DNA from: the human T2T-CHM13v2.0 reference genome, Homo sapiens
Direction: 5' to 3' (one strand)
Length of the DNA stretch: 64,000 nt
Assembly (NCBI RefSeq): GCF_009914755.1
Contig: NC_060932.1
The notes below the pieces were generated by a model, which was not told the origin of the DNA, ran no database searches, and was given only the letters and a program-made list of their open reading frames with translations. Within the stretch, counting starts at the first letter, position 1, and every line of letters begins with the position of its first letter. Below are positions 30,618 to 43,786 of the stretch, one piece after another. The position numbers were made by a program, and so were the translations under genes.

Positions 30618-30916
30618 TTTTGTTTTGTTTTTGAGACAGAGTTTCGCTCTATCACCCAGGCTGGAGTGCAGCAGCGCAATCTCAGCTCACTGCAACCTTG
30701 GCCTCTAGGTTCAAGTGATTCTCCTGCCTCGGCCTCTGAAGTAGCTGGGATTACAAGCGCCTGCCACCATGCCCAGCTAATTTTTGTATTTTTAGTAGAG
30801 ATGGGGTTTCGCCATTTTGGCCAGGCTGGTCTTGAACTTCTGACCTCAGGTGATCCACCCACCTCAGCCTCCCAAAGTGCTGGGATTACAGGTGTGAGTC
30901 ACCGTGCCCAGCAGCC
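30618..30916 (-). mobile_element. AluS-like
   Basis: Antisense full Alu. Confidence 0.9.
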
Positions 30917-31119
30917 TAAAGCTTTTAAAGGTCTTCCGAATGGGTTTTTTAAAAGACTTCTTCAGTTTAATCCTCCATTAACCAGAGAATTAACTAGCAT
31001 ATTCCATTCTTCTTCCTAAAAAACTTTCCGCCCAACAAGCTGATTTCATTAGTGCTGGAATTTTCCTTCCTAGGCTAAATTTCATCCTAAAACATTTTTT
31101 TCCAATAAGAAGACATAAT

Positions 31120-31340
31120 AATTATTACAGATTGAACAGCCACCATATTCCAGGAACTGTCCACACTTGATTAAATCCAATTCTCCCAACACAGTCACGT
31201 AGGAATTCTCATCCATAGTTTGCTGATGAGGAGCCAGGCTCAGGGAGGTTAAGAGACTTTCTGGTGGTCGCTTAGCTTATAGGGTAGGGATTTAATCCAA
31301 GTCTGTCTCGCCCAGAGCCTGTGTTCTTTCCATTCTGCTA
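31120..31340 (-). mobile_element. MIR
   Basis: catccatagtttgctgatgaggagccaggctcagggaggttaagagacttt core. Confidence 0.6.
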
Positions 31341-31728
31341 CACTGCCGGCTTTCCCACCAAGAAGGGAGCCAATGATTGCTGAGCTCCTTCCGTGTGCTG
31401 GGCACAGACATCAGTCCATTTAAATTCTACAAACCCTAAGAGTAAAGGAGCACCCGATGCCCCTTCCCAGGAAGCTCCTCAACTACCTTCCTGCTTGATG
31501 GGTGTGAGAGGATGGGAAGGAGCAAGGGTGTGCAATCTGGCCTGGATGCCAGGGAAGTGCTGGTGGGCAGTAACAGGGATCCAGGTAGAGTGCTCTTGGG
31601 TCACTGAATGCCTAACTCCTTTATTTTTTTGTCTTATTTCCTTCAGTCAGTAACGTGAGGGCACGGACTGGCTGATCTTTGAGGTCCTATCCAACTCAAC
31701 ACAGCTTTACAATGGCAAAGTGGTACAG

Positions 31729-31835
31729 GGGCTTGCTTCAGTAGCACACATGGTAAAACTGGAACAATACAGAGAAGATTCACATGGCCACCATGCAAGG
31801 ATAACACGTGAGTTCGTGAAGTGTTCCGTATTTTT
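31729..31835 (+). pseudogene. Full-length U6 snRNA pseudogene (5' part of a U6/L1 chimera; possibly RNU6-895P)
   Basis: 107 nt colinear with U6, 21 mismatches by manual alignment (about 80% identity). ACAGAGA box intact, AGC triad mutated to CAC, ends in TTTTT. Confidence 0.95.
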
Positions 31836-32385
31836 AAAGAATAAGATACAGTCTTCAGTAGCACAGCTAGGCAATTATAGTTAACAATAATTTATTGTAT
31901 ATTTCAAATTAACTAGAAGACTAGATTTGGAACATTTCCAACACAAAGATCAGTGTTTCAGGTGGTAGATATCCCAATTACACAATTTTTTTTTTGAGAC
32001 AGTCTTGCTCTGTTGCCCAGGCTGGAGTACAGTGGTGTGATCATGGCTCACTATAGCCTCAAATTCCTGGGTTCAAGCAATCCTCCCACCACAGCCTCCC
32101 AAGTAGCTGGGACTACAGGTGCATGACACCATGCCCAGTTAATATTTAATTTTTAATGGGGATGGGGTTTCACTATGTTGCCTGGGGTCTTGAGGCTGGT
32201 CTCAAACTCCTGACCTCAAGCAATCCTCCTGCCTCACCCTCCCAAAGCATTGAGATTACAGATGTGAGACAGCATGCCCAGCCCCAATTACCCAGTTTGA
32301 TCATTACACATTGGATGCTTTTATCAAAATATCAAACATACCCCATAAATATGTGCAACTATTTTGTATCCATTAAAAAAATTTT
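31836..32385 (+). mobile_element. L1MA-type 3' end fused to U6 and interrupted by an Alu
   Basis: ATAGTTAACAATAATTTATTGTATATTTCAAA...TTTGATCATTACACATTG...CCCCATAAATATGTGCAACTA...ATTAAAAAAA is typical of an L1MA 3'UTR terminus. TSD AAGTGGTACAG(G) flanks U6 plus L1. Confidence 0.88.
31985..32283 (-). mobile_element. AluJ-like element nested in the U6/L1 chimera
   Basis: Antisense Alu with TSD CCCAATTAC (31973-31981 and 32283-32291). Confidence 0.9.
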
Positions 32386-33021
32386 AAGTGGTACAGGTGA
32401 GCAACGCAGCACCCAAAGAAATGGGCAGTTCACATGAGCTGTGAACAGCCCCCTCATCCCACTCATCCCTTTTCCCTCTTTCTCTACCCACCTCCAGAAA
32501 AACCTCAGAAAATAAAGGTGAACTTGAGGGCAAATCCTTCTCTCCACTCCCCTTCTTATGAGAGTCTATAGTCATATCCAAAGATGAGGACATGATGCAT
32601 AACACATAAGCCAGATGCAAAAGGACAAACACTGGCTCGGCCTCCATCTCTTCACCGCCTACCCCCCCAACCCCCCACCTCCCATGCACAAGAAGGCTGC
32701 TCAGAAAGAGACACAGGCTCTCAGCTGGCACTCACACCTCTAGTGCACTAAGCAATGGGCCAATCTCAGGTTTTTACGCACATAAAATATCCTAACAATT
32801 AGCTCCATTTTGTACAGATCTGTGGATAGGATATGTATCTTCAGCAACAATAAAACCCAGTTGTTTTCCACCTATCAATTCCATCCCCAGAGTAACAATT
32901 CCTTCCATGTCTAATTTTACTTTGACTGAATGAGATTCTGGATGTTGGGGCTTCTTTTAAACATGTATACATGTATATGCTCAGTCACCCAAAACAGGGC
33001 ATGTAGTTTTCCTTGAACTTA

Positions 33022-33450
<429 letters not shown>

Positions 33451-36400
33451 TTATGCCTACCATGTATAAGACACTGTGCCAGGGACTATTTGAGTGCAAA
33501 TAGGCCTTACTTTGTTCATTCCAAGACACAGATTTTCTGCACATTTCTGCAAGAAGTATGGTTTTTTTATTGTTTTTTGTTTTGTCAGTAGTACAAACTG
33601 AACAGTGTGTCTCACAATTAACAGGCATCTCCCACCAGGTAAAACACGGCATTAGATACAGAGCCTGCTCTCAGGCAGCCTGCAGGTGCCGCAGTGACTG
33701 TGCTAGCAGCCATCTTGCTTCATCTTTGGGAGGAAACCCAAGGTTTAGTTTGGAAAGGCTGAGCCTACTTTCTGCAAGAACTCAAACTGCCCGTCAGAGT
33801 AAAACACTGTCCCCCAAACAGCAGCACAGCCAAGACATCCTGAAAGAAGTTGGAGGCAGAGTGAGAACAGATTAGTGGAGGTACGGAGGTGCGGGAAACT
33901 GAAAATATTTCTACTAGGAAATACTCCCTAATGCTAACTGTGAAAGCTGATGTTCTTTTCCTTCCTATTTGACTAACCTTAGTGTTGCATAGTACAGCTT
34001 TTCTCTTTATGAGGAAATATATAAATGGAAAAAAGAATCCTTCCAGAAGGCAAGGAAAGTTTCTAGGGGCAAAGAAATCCTTTTCCATAGGGAGAAAATA
34101 CTGGGCTGAAGAAATTGCCACCTGAACTCTCAAGCTCAAAACACTGAAGAAGGTAGTACAAGTGGAAGCTCTGAACTCTCCTAGCAGAAGGGTATCACCA
34201 TGCAAATTTCCCCCAGGAAAGCTTACGGGTGTTTACAGATACTGCAGAAGAAGCTAGAGAAAGTGGCCAGAGGCAGGAATTAACCTCACCACAATTATAA
34301 ATAAATCAGATCCTCATATCCCTGGGATAAACCAACCCAAAGGGAAGACGGCTGTGGGTACTGAGCTGTTAACAGCAGGATGATTAGTGTGGCGGCTCGC
34401 AAATACTATATTGGGCTATTTAAGAGGCGAGAGTGGCACCCTGTTGTCACAGAGCAGGAAAAGCAGAGAGAGAACAAAAAGCAGAGCCCTGCAAGCTGAT
34501 GGAAGCCAGCAGGCAGGCTGGTCGCCATGTTCGATGCGGTGACTTTGCCCCATCTAAGTCTTGGCTCCCACATCTGGTGCTTGATCCAGGCTGATCAGCT
34601 GCATTCCTGAGCATCAGCACACAAGCTTTTCTGCTCATGTTTTTTTCCTGTTGGGGAAAAAATGTGCCCTGAACTGAGCAGGTACAGTGCAGGGCTGGAG
34701 ACATGAGTGACTAAGCAGATCTGCCAAGGGGTTAAAGCACACTGCATGCCGAGAAGGTCAGGGGTCAGACATGCCCAGCTCCACAGAGGCTGCCGGAGAC
34801 CACAGATGCAGTGGCAGGGGGACGAGGGTGCTGCTTACCCAGGGAAATGCACCCCTTGTTCCCGGAGCTCACAGAGAGCCTTCCAGCAACCTGATGTCTT
34901 CCCACTGGGGATGTCAGGGCCACTTAATGCAAAGTTTGATCCCTGGAGGAGGGAGTCAAGCATTCTCTTTCTTCTCTGCTGTGTGTCAGCTTGCATTGTT
35001 CAATTTCTTTGTTTCCTAACTGAATCCCATCAGTGTGGCTGACTGCCTCACTTACTTGAAGTGAGCTGAGCTAGGAAACACGTTTCTCGACAAGGCTGCA
35101 TTCTCTAAGGTGCTAAGAAGGGCAGAGCTAAGCTCAGCCCCTACAGAGAGAGAGAAAAAAAAATCCCTATATATTGTTTTATGAGAACATTACAGACAAA
35201 AAAACAAAAAGGTTTCTCCTGCAACCAGCTCAAAGAAGCCTGCCATACACCATACGCACACTAAGGAGGTCAGCGCCTCCGTGGCAGAGCCCAGCGGCTG
35301 TGCATCAACTCTTAAGTGAGGAGGGCAGGTGGCAGAGTGTAAAAGGACTCCAGTTGAGAAAGTCAAATTCCTTCTTTATCAAATAAGAGGACTGGATAAG
35401 ATGACCTCTGAGGTCCAGGAGGAACCCAAAAGTTCTGTGAACCCAAGAGGAAAATATTGTCAGGGCTAAAGGAACCCAATCCCAAACAGCTAATCACTCA
35501 GATTCCACAAACCGTGACTGGTTATCGACATGAGATCCTCTGTCCTCTTCTGTGTACAGAACGCTGGCTGATTTGGCAGGTGCCTGCTGCTGTGGGAAGA
35601 AGATGTCCATCCCAGATGAGTTACCTGAGTGCCCTCTAGACCCCTGCCCTACACCTTAAGGTCAACCTTGCCAGATTCAAATTCTTTCCCAGGCTTGCCT
35701 CTTCAGCCTATGTGGCAAAGGGTCTGAATCCTCCAACTTCTGTCTTTTTTAAAAAACAATACTCATGTATTACATTTATTTAGAGGAAGAGTTCCACCCT
35801 CAATCTGTATCTATAGAACTCAGAAAGCACTAGGTATACAGGGAATCCTCACTGATGAATTTGAGTTAATGCAGAAACAGACAAGTAACTCACACTGCTG
35901 CATCACAGAGAACACATCAATCTTCCCCATGCATGGAAACAGGATACGCGCTCTCCAGTTTAGCTCTGGTGGCCATCTACATCCAGCTTCCATCTTCATC
36001 CACAATTGCAATACCCTGAGAATGACCCTGTCGTGAGGCATGATTTCCTCCGACTTGCATGTGTCCTCCCACATGTGTGCAGCTTACTTTGACAGGGCAG
36101 GAACAAGACCCTTCCGTGTACTTTACCATGTTCGATTAATGAAAACATGGACTGGGATGCCTCCGAATGGACTCACATCACCTATCTTTACGCTTTTCCA
36201 GATAAGAATTCTGTAAGAAATCCGATCTCAGGGACACAAGGCAGGAATTATGAGAAACACGTTGTTCAGCATCACACTGAGTCTTCTGAAAGTGTGGCTT
36301 GGCCGGAGCCACTTCTCTGCATCCATGTCAGATAGAGGCGAGAGAGAGGGAGCTGGCCCTCCAAAGGGGTGCCGTTTACATTTACTTTTCTCAGAGGAGA

Positions 36401-37166
36401 GACTCTCAGGGTGTGGTGAATTCAGGTATTCTGCAGGTCAGACTATAACAGACCATCCCTGAAAGGCCCCAAGGCCCCTGGCATCTCCCCCACCTCCCCC
36501 TGGCCCCCACCAGCTCCTCCTTCTCCTGGAGCTGCGAGTGCTGGTTCAGAATTCTCTTTCGATGGAGAGTGACTTGGGAAGAAGAGAGAAAAACCACCCT
36601 GCTGTGGGGATGTCCATTTTTCTTTGCCTCGCGGAACCTGATGAGGACCCCCACTCTGAATCCCCTAAGCATTGAACTCTCCCCTCCCTGGGAAGGCACC
36701 CAGAGGGCAGCCATTTAAATCCTGGACAGAGTCATGCTGACACCTAGGGGTAGATGTTAAAAAAAAAAAAAAAAAAAAAGAGCCAGTCCGGAAAAAACCG
36801 GGCCCAACCAGACACAGTAGCAGGTGGCAACTTGTACTCCCTGCAGCTTCTGAGAAGGAGCTGCTGTCCTTCCCTGCTCCTCTCGACCTGTCCCCAAATC
36901 AGCCTCCCTGCATGCCTAGAGAAGATGCCCAAAAATCTGTCCAGCGATCCCCCACAAAGGAGGGCAAAGTATGGCCTTCATCAAAACTGGCCGGTTCTGG
37001 ACCCTGTCTAGTCTCCCATCTGCCTGAGAAAAGCAGCCATTTGGAGAGGAATGAGGTAGAGAATATGGAAAGCTGCAACGAGATACATCAGCAGGGCCTC
37101 CGTCTGGCAGAGGCACAGACCAGGAGGTTCCAAACCTTCCAGAGGCAGCTAGAAACGCTTTCTTAC

Positions 37167-37244
37167 CAAACTCGCTGGCACAGAGATGTTCAATGATGGC
37201 CTCAGATTTCAACTCGTTGTCACAGGGAGGACACACCGTTGTGC
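37167..37244 (-). CDS. SFRP1: SFRP1 coding exon 2 (start of netrin/NTR domain), 78 nt
   Basis: Polypyrimidine acceptor ...CTTCCTTTCCCAG|GCACAACG and donor TTTG|GTAAGA. Phase 1-1, translating (G)TTVCPPCDNELKSEAIIEHLCASEF in frame with exon 1. Confidence 0.98.
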
Positions 37245-40200
37245 CTGGGAAAGGAAGTAGGGAGAAACGGAACTGTAAGTTACAGAGCAGGAAGGGAGCA
37301 GCCCCTGGGGAAAAGATCGGCCCTGGGTCCAGGCTGAAAGTGGCTAAAGGTCTTCTGGAACTTCTGAAGGGGACCTGAGAATTGAAAACAAGAAGCCTTG
37401 AGCCCAGGGTCTACAACCAGAGCAGGCGCAGGTTTCTTGAAACATTTTGGCCCAGAGCTGCTAAATGTGACACAGTTATTTAAGCCAGCATAACCTGAGG
37501 CTGGGTGGGTGCAGGTCACATGAATGATGACTTGTGGGGCGCTGTGAGTGCCGGGAAAAGCTGGCTTACAAACCCACAGAGATCTCTTCCTGGTGTTTGT
37601 TTCCCATCCTCTCCCTTCTCCTTTCAATACCATCCTCCGATTCCTGCCCCCTTCCCATTTCCACACTCCCAGCTAGCCTGCTGATCCCTCTGACCAGGTC
37701 TCCAGGAGCCAAGAGAGAAAGAAACTCAGCCAGACTCACAAACTCCAGCTCTCGGCCCCTGAACACCTCCTCTCCAAAAGGGCCACCGCAGCAGGAGGCC
37801 AGGGCAGGCGGGCGGGGTGGGGCACTAACAGGCGCTGCCAAATGGGAGGACAGGGCTGGATAGGAAGGGGTCCTTCAGAGGCTCTTTCCTGGGCAACTGT
37901 GAAGTGCTTTGAAGAGGAGGTTTGTGGGGGCAGACGTGCATAACGTTGGAAGGCAGCTCCACTGCCTGGGAGGAGATGTCTGAGGCCAGGGCAGAAGCCT
38001 CCTCCAAGCCAATATACTGCTGAAGTCAGAAAATCCAGTGGAGGTAAAGGACTCCAGCTTCCCAGGACAGAGGGAGAGCAGGACGGCGCTTTCCTCCAAG
38101 AGCTGAAGTGGCTTATCATCATTGTCATCACCTTCACCTATCAAGCAGCCTGGAGCTTATCGACTGTCTAGGAAAACATCACGAGCACATTCTAGGGGCA
38201 CCCCACCCCCGGGCACAGCACAGGAGGCCAAGCCAGGCTGGAGCTGAAGAGCACAGGAAAGTCACCGCTGACCCTGCACTCGGGGAGTGCAGGTGGGGCT
38301 TGGTGTGCTTGGAGCCCACTGCTCTTCATCCTCCTCCACCATGGCTTCCGTGGCAGCATCTCCCTCCCCATCAGCCCCCCTTATGGCTCAGACATTGAAA
38401 TAGGCAAAGGCTCCCTAAGTGGAAGAGAAGAGGGGACCTGCAGAGCACCCCCAGATCAAGGCTGCCCTCAGGACACAAGTGGCCCATAGACCACTCCCTA
38501 CTTCCAAACAGGGTCCCTGCAGGGCCCAGCAGAGACCCCATCCTTAGTTTTTATTGACACATTCCTCTCCCACCTTTACTCTGCACCCAGGAGCAAACAC
38601 CTTCCAGATTCTCAGTGCAGTTAAGAACCACGCTCCCAGCAGACGATGGCATGACTGTCCTTAGCCCAGATGCTGGAAATTTGCTTTGCACCCAGAACTT
38701 GAGACTGGGTTCTAGAGGTGGTAATTCTCACAAAGGAGACAACTTACCACAAATTTTGCATTATGGTTTTTGCTTCCACATGGGGAAAAGGAAGTGTGAC
38801 AATATGGAAAGGACCAGGTTACTTGCACAAGGAGAGTGAACTGTGCTTTTGGGTTTTCCTTGTTTAGGTTATTTTGAAAAAGGAAAAGTGGGAGTTACAC
38901 AAACACACATAGCAACGTTCTGTGAATACAATCTTGACCAAATAGTGAAGTCAGGGTGATCCAAACATAAAGGGCACATCTCTGCCCGCTCCACACACTC
39001 ACTGCATCTCCTCTGGACACTTGAAGTTCGCCTGAACCAATCGGCCAAGGAGGGCTCTGCACTTCTCAGGGACATTTTCCTCAGTCCCGTCAATTACATT
39101 TGGACTTCAGTGCCTCTCAGAATGGCAGGAGCTCGTTGGGGTGGGCTCTGTGTGTTTTTACCACGGCTTTCCCCTATCTCAGCTTTTCTAACGGCTGACT
39201 CTGGAGCAGCCTGATCCAGAGAGAGAAAGAGAAATGTGTGATGCGGTATTAACCTGCGCCTCATTGGTGCGTCTTGGGGCTCTACAGGCTGCCTCTGCAG
39301 GAGAAATCCACCCAGTCATCCTTCTGAGAGGTGGAACTAAATCGCTGTTTTCAGTTGTATTTAAAATAATGTTTAAAGCAAATGAACAAAAAAAGCAAAG
39401 GTTTTGTGTTTATTAATATTTAAGGGTGTGTGGAGGAGACAGCCCAACAGCTGAATCAGGATTAAGTGATTTTTGTGATACATCAATCCACACACACACA
39501 AGTGCTTTCTCAGTCTCTCTCTCTTTCTTCTCTCTTTCCCTTTCTCACACACAACCCCCACAATCTTCCCTGGCCAGTTCCTGGGGGGACCAAAAGGGAG
39601 CCCTAAGGAAGGCTTTCTGGGGAACAGAGGGCTCTGTGGCCTCTGCCACACTGACTAAATGCACAACATGCCCAAGCAACAACAAAATCAAACCCAATGT
39701 GCTGGCTCATACAACTTCACCCAGTAAAACCAGGCAGAGAGGGAAACAACAATGCATCAGCCTGGGAGTTCACAGTTCTAATGGAAGTGCCAAATTCAAA
39801 AATGACTTCCCTAGAAAAAGAGCAATTGCCTCTTCCCTAACAGGAGCTTCTATGGCTTGGGTATCAGCCTTTGCAGGGGAAAAATGTCAAGTCATTTCTC
39901 ATTATCAGGTTTCTCCTTAATAACACATGACCACAGACAGCTGGCCAATAATCCAAAACTGAATTTGCCCAAGTGTGTGAACAGAAACCAGTATGCAAAG
40001 ATATGACACTGCTTTGAAAATGCATTTTAATTTTAAAGAATAAAAGCATAAAGAATAAACGAATAAAAGAGTAGTGCATGCATACTTATTCTCATTGGAA
40101 AGTGCCAGTTACGACCCCACAGCCACAAGCCATAAGGTTATGAGGATCAGTAGTCTGGTTTGTCTTGACCTGCCCTCTACACACCTACACACACACACAC

Positions 40201-42321
40201 ACACACACACACGCCCCACCCTCCCCTCCACAGGGACCTCGCAGGAAATCACGTGGGGCTCCCTTACACCAGGGATTGCAGTCCTGGGGAGGGTGGTGTG
40301 CCATCTCAGGGCAGAGCCCCCCACCAAAACCACTGAGGGGAAAACCAGTCCCAAGCCCCACTCCCGACCGGCCCTCTCCCCACTTTTCTCTTTGCTCCTC
40401 AAAGACCTGTCTTGGGAGGGTGACTACCTGAGCGCTGCTGGGAGGAGTGGAGGTGAGTGAGGACGGTTCCAAGCCAGGCTGAGAAGGGCGCCGACCAGTG
40501 GAACTGCAGCCAAGGGGCAAAAGGTGTCCGGAAGACAGCGATTATGGGGTTTCCCCATCCCATCACAGCCTTTTGGGGGCTGGGGTGAGGGATTCTTTCC
40601 TCTCTTCTTCAGGCAACCCGTCCAATCCCCCCATGTTCCCTGTGGACTGCAGCACCTTTTCCGCAGCCGAGCCCCCTAAGGTGTCCACTCATGTCTGCAG
40701 ACGGTCCCAGAAAGAGACCATCGGAAGCCATTGGGAATGGACTCCAGGTCAGGGCTGGGCACAGCCTCACAGGGCAGGGCTGGGCTAATCCCCGCTGGCT
40801 GAGGAAGGGGAGAAGGAAATTCCCGCAGGCTGCAGGGGATGGGTGCAAGCCAACAGAACACAAGGCGCTTTGTTTGCTCCAGGTAACTGCTCAGTTCTCG
40901 CTCACAAAGTGCAGATGCATCCGCTACCCTCACTCCACTCCCAACACCAGAGTTGACTCTGAGAGCAGCGGTGCCCAGACCTGGCCACTGCGGGCAATCA
41001 GTGCCGTTCCCATCCAGCCATCCAACGACAGTCACTGTGGACCCATCTCCACCCTCCCTAGAATAAGCAAAAGCATCTAAAATTTGGGGTATCCCTTTCC
41101 CCCACCTGCCCAAATCCTCACTCTGAGGAGCCAGGTGACTGCACTCCCCTCTTTTAGCATCAATAACAGAGGTTAAAGACACTTTAAGGTGAGCTAAGTG
41201 TAGGCAGTCTTTCTCCCCCACCCTAAAGGCCCTCCTCAAAAAGCCCTCAGGAAGCCTGCGTCTGTGCTAAGCGCAGCTGGGGTACAGCTCCCCAATCCCT
41301 GACCCTCTCCACACCTCAGAGCCTAAACTTCGCTTCTAAAGAATTCTGGGTTGAATTTACTTCTATAGAAGTCAGGTCTGTGATGTGTATATTTTATCTT
41401 TATATCTATTTCATTTTATTTGACTTCCCAGGATTTTTTTTTCTTCCCCCTCAAGAATTGCTCTTTAAACATAAGGGGGTTTTGAGAGGAACCTCGGGCC
41501 GGTCCCTCAGGCTGTTAGGAAAGTCTGCATTTTGCAGAGCTGCTCTCCCCGGGAGGAGATGAACAATGAGCTAATTACATTTTTATCTTTCTAATGAGCT
41601 GAGGATTTGTGTAAATGAGAAAAGCAGGGGGTACGCTAGAGGGAGGGAGAAAAGACTTTCCACCCCCAGCCCTCCGAGGGCAGAGCTGGTACCTGGAAGG
41701 GGTGGAGAAACAGAAGTCCCCACGGTTCCTAAACTTTCTCAGCCAGTTTTGCAGCAATCCCAAGGCTACTTGACTGAATGACCAGTGAAGGAAAGGGCTT
41801 GGTTTTATTTTTTAAATCTTTGTCGAACCTATGAAAATAAACAAAAGCTGCTCCAAGCATTCTCTCGGCCTTTCTGAACTTTCTACGCTTTGGGTTTTTG
41901 TTTTTTCCTCCCGTCTCAGAGGTTAAAAACTTCGATAGGGACTCGGAGTCCTCCTAGAGGAGAGGGAAGCTCCCCTGTTATTTAAAGCGCAAGGCTTTGT
42001 TTCAGGTATGGGAAAGGCGAAGTTGGATCCCAGGAAGAGCGGCTCCGGGGACCACAGCGAGTCCCTGCGAGGCCAAGGCGCAGAGCTGCCGCTCCCGGGC
42101 CAGCCCCGCCGTGCACCTGGGTCGCGAGGGGCGCTGAGCGATACCTGGGACAGACCAGACGCGCTTAGGAATCACGTGCACAGCATGCGAGCAACCTCGG
42201 GCCCTCAGTCCCCAGCACCGGGACCCAGCGGCGGGCGGGCGTAGGGTGGCGCGGGTTCTCCTGCAGCTCCGGCCGGGGGATGGAGGGGGCGGCTCGCGCA
42301 CGTGGGAGGAGGCAGCCTTAC
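37245..42321 (-). other. SFRP1: SFRP1 intron 1 (5,077 bp, GT-AG)
   Basis: Bounded by the canonical splice sites of exons 1 and 2. Confidence 0.96.
40187..40212. repeat. (CA)n microsatellite in intron 1
   Basis: About 12 CA units. Confidence 0.9.
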
Positions 42322-42865
42322 CTTGGGGCTTGGAGGCTTCGGTGGCATTGGGCGGCGTCATGGCGATGCAGACGTCCCCCTCGGGGAACTTGTCACACTT
42401 AAGCATCTCGGGCCAGTAGAAGCCGAAGAACTGCATGACCGGCTCGCACGAGTCGCGCACGGCCTCGCAGAGCCAGCGACACGGGTAGATGGGCCGGTCC
42501 AGGCAGACGGGCGCGAAGAGCGAGCAGAGGAAGACCTGGGTGCCGGCGTGGCAGTTCTTGTTGAGCAGGGGCACCCAGCTGCTGGCCTGCTGCTTCACCT
42601 CCGCCATGGTCTCGTGCTCCAGCAGGTTGGGCAGCACCATCTTCTTGTAGCCCACGTTGTGGCACAGCCGCAGGTCCGCGGGGATGTCCACGCACTGAGG
42701 TGGCTTGGTGTAGAAGCGCCCGCTCTGGTACGGGCCGATGTCCGACTGGAAGCTCACGTAGTCGTACTCGCTGGCCGAGCCCACGGCCAGAAGCGCCGCG
42801 CCCAGCGCCAGCAGCACGCCCAGGGCTGCCCCGCGGCGGCCCCCCTCGCTGCGCCCGATGCCCAT
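42322..42865 (-). CDS. SFRP1: SFRP1 coding exon 1 (signal peptide plus frizzled-type cysteine-rich domain), 544 nt
   Basis: ATG at 42865 reads MGIGRSEGGRRGAALGVLLALGAALLAVGSASEYDYVSFQSDIG...PPQCVDIPADLRLCHNVGYKKMVLPNLLEHE...FYWPEMLKCDKFPEGDVCIAMTPPNATEASKPQ, which matches human SFRP1 and has the 10-Cys frizzled CRD. Donor CAAG|GTAAGG at 42322/42321 is phase 1. Confidence 0.99.
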
Positions 42866-43169
42866 GCCGGCTCTGCGCCCTGTTCTCCGCGACGTCGGGG
42901 CTGCCTCCGCCGCCTCCCCGCGCGCGTCCTGCCGCAAACTTCCAGGGACCTCCGGGGACAAAAGGCGCAGTCCCCAGCGTTGCCCGGCTCCGCGGCCGCA
43001 AGCTGCTGCCCGGTCCCCCCGGCCAGTGGCGGCCCTCGGCCTGCGGTCGGAGGCGGCGCGGGCGGGGAGGCGGCGCTGCGGGCTGGGTGCGCCCCGGCTC
43101 CCGGAGGTGCGGCGAGCAGGAAGGCGCGGGGCGGCGGGCGCGCGGCACTGACTCCGGAGGCTGCAGGGC

Positions 43170-43475
43170 TGGAGTGCGCGGGGCTCCTACGGCCGAGCCC
43201 TCGGAGCCGCCCCGCGCAGCCAATCAGCTCCCGGCGGGGCGAGCCGCACTCGTTACCACGTCCGTCACCGGCGCGGGAGCCAATCGCCTCCCTCGCGAGC
43301 GGGTTCGGTTTACTAGAACCAGACGCGGCTCAACACCCCTTAAAAAACAAAACCAAAAATACATAAATAAAAGGGGGAGGAGGAAAGAGACAAGGGGAGA
43401 AAAAGAAGGGGAATGGATCACGGCGTGGGGTGGAGAGAGACCAGGGCGGACGCTGTAATTAACTCGCATTGGCTT
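43170..43475 (-). promoter_or_regulatory. TATA-less core promoter with NF-Y-type CCAAT boxes and Sp/KLF GC boxes
   Basis: AGCCAATC with CCAAT at 43220-43224 and 43280-43284 (60 bp apart), ATTGG at 43468-43472, CCGCCCC 43207-43213, GGCGGGG 43233-43239, half-CRE CGTCA 43263-43267. The TSS (about 43170-43190) is inferred, not visible. Confidence 0.65.
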
Positions 43476-43517
43476 GCAGAGAAGCGGGGAGCCTGGATCA
43501 TACTTGCAAACCCATGA

Positions 43518-43786
<269 letters not shown>

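Larger units (their letters stand above)
42020..43475. promoter_or_regulatory. SFRP1: CpG island covering the SFRP1 promoter, 5'UTR and exon 1
   Basis: Very high GC and CpG density against CpG-poor flanks. Hypermethylation silencing of this island in cancers is established knowledge. Edges are approximate. Confidence 0.93.

Noticed and set aside
31729-31835. Functional U6 gene
   Set aside because: About 20% diverged, catalytic AGC mutated, no evident upstream PSE/TATA, and carries retrotransposition hallmarks.
36916-37166. Extension of the exon 2 ORF (GKKAFLAASG...)
   Set aside because: Intronic read-through beyond the GTAAGA donor.
42002-42321. C-terminal part of the 319-aa ORF (GKAASSHVREPP...)
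   Set aside because: Read-through past the exon 1 splice donor into intron 1.
42302-43458. Long ORFs of 354 aa (+), 252 aa (+) and 274 aa (-) overlapping exon 1
   Set aside because: Shadows of the GC-rich SFRP1 codons and CpG island; low-complexity R/G/A/P products.
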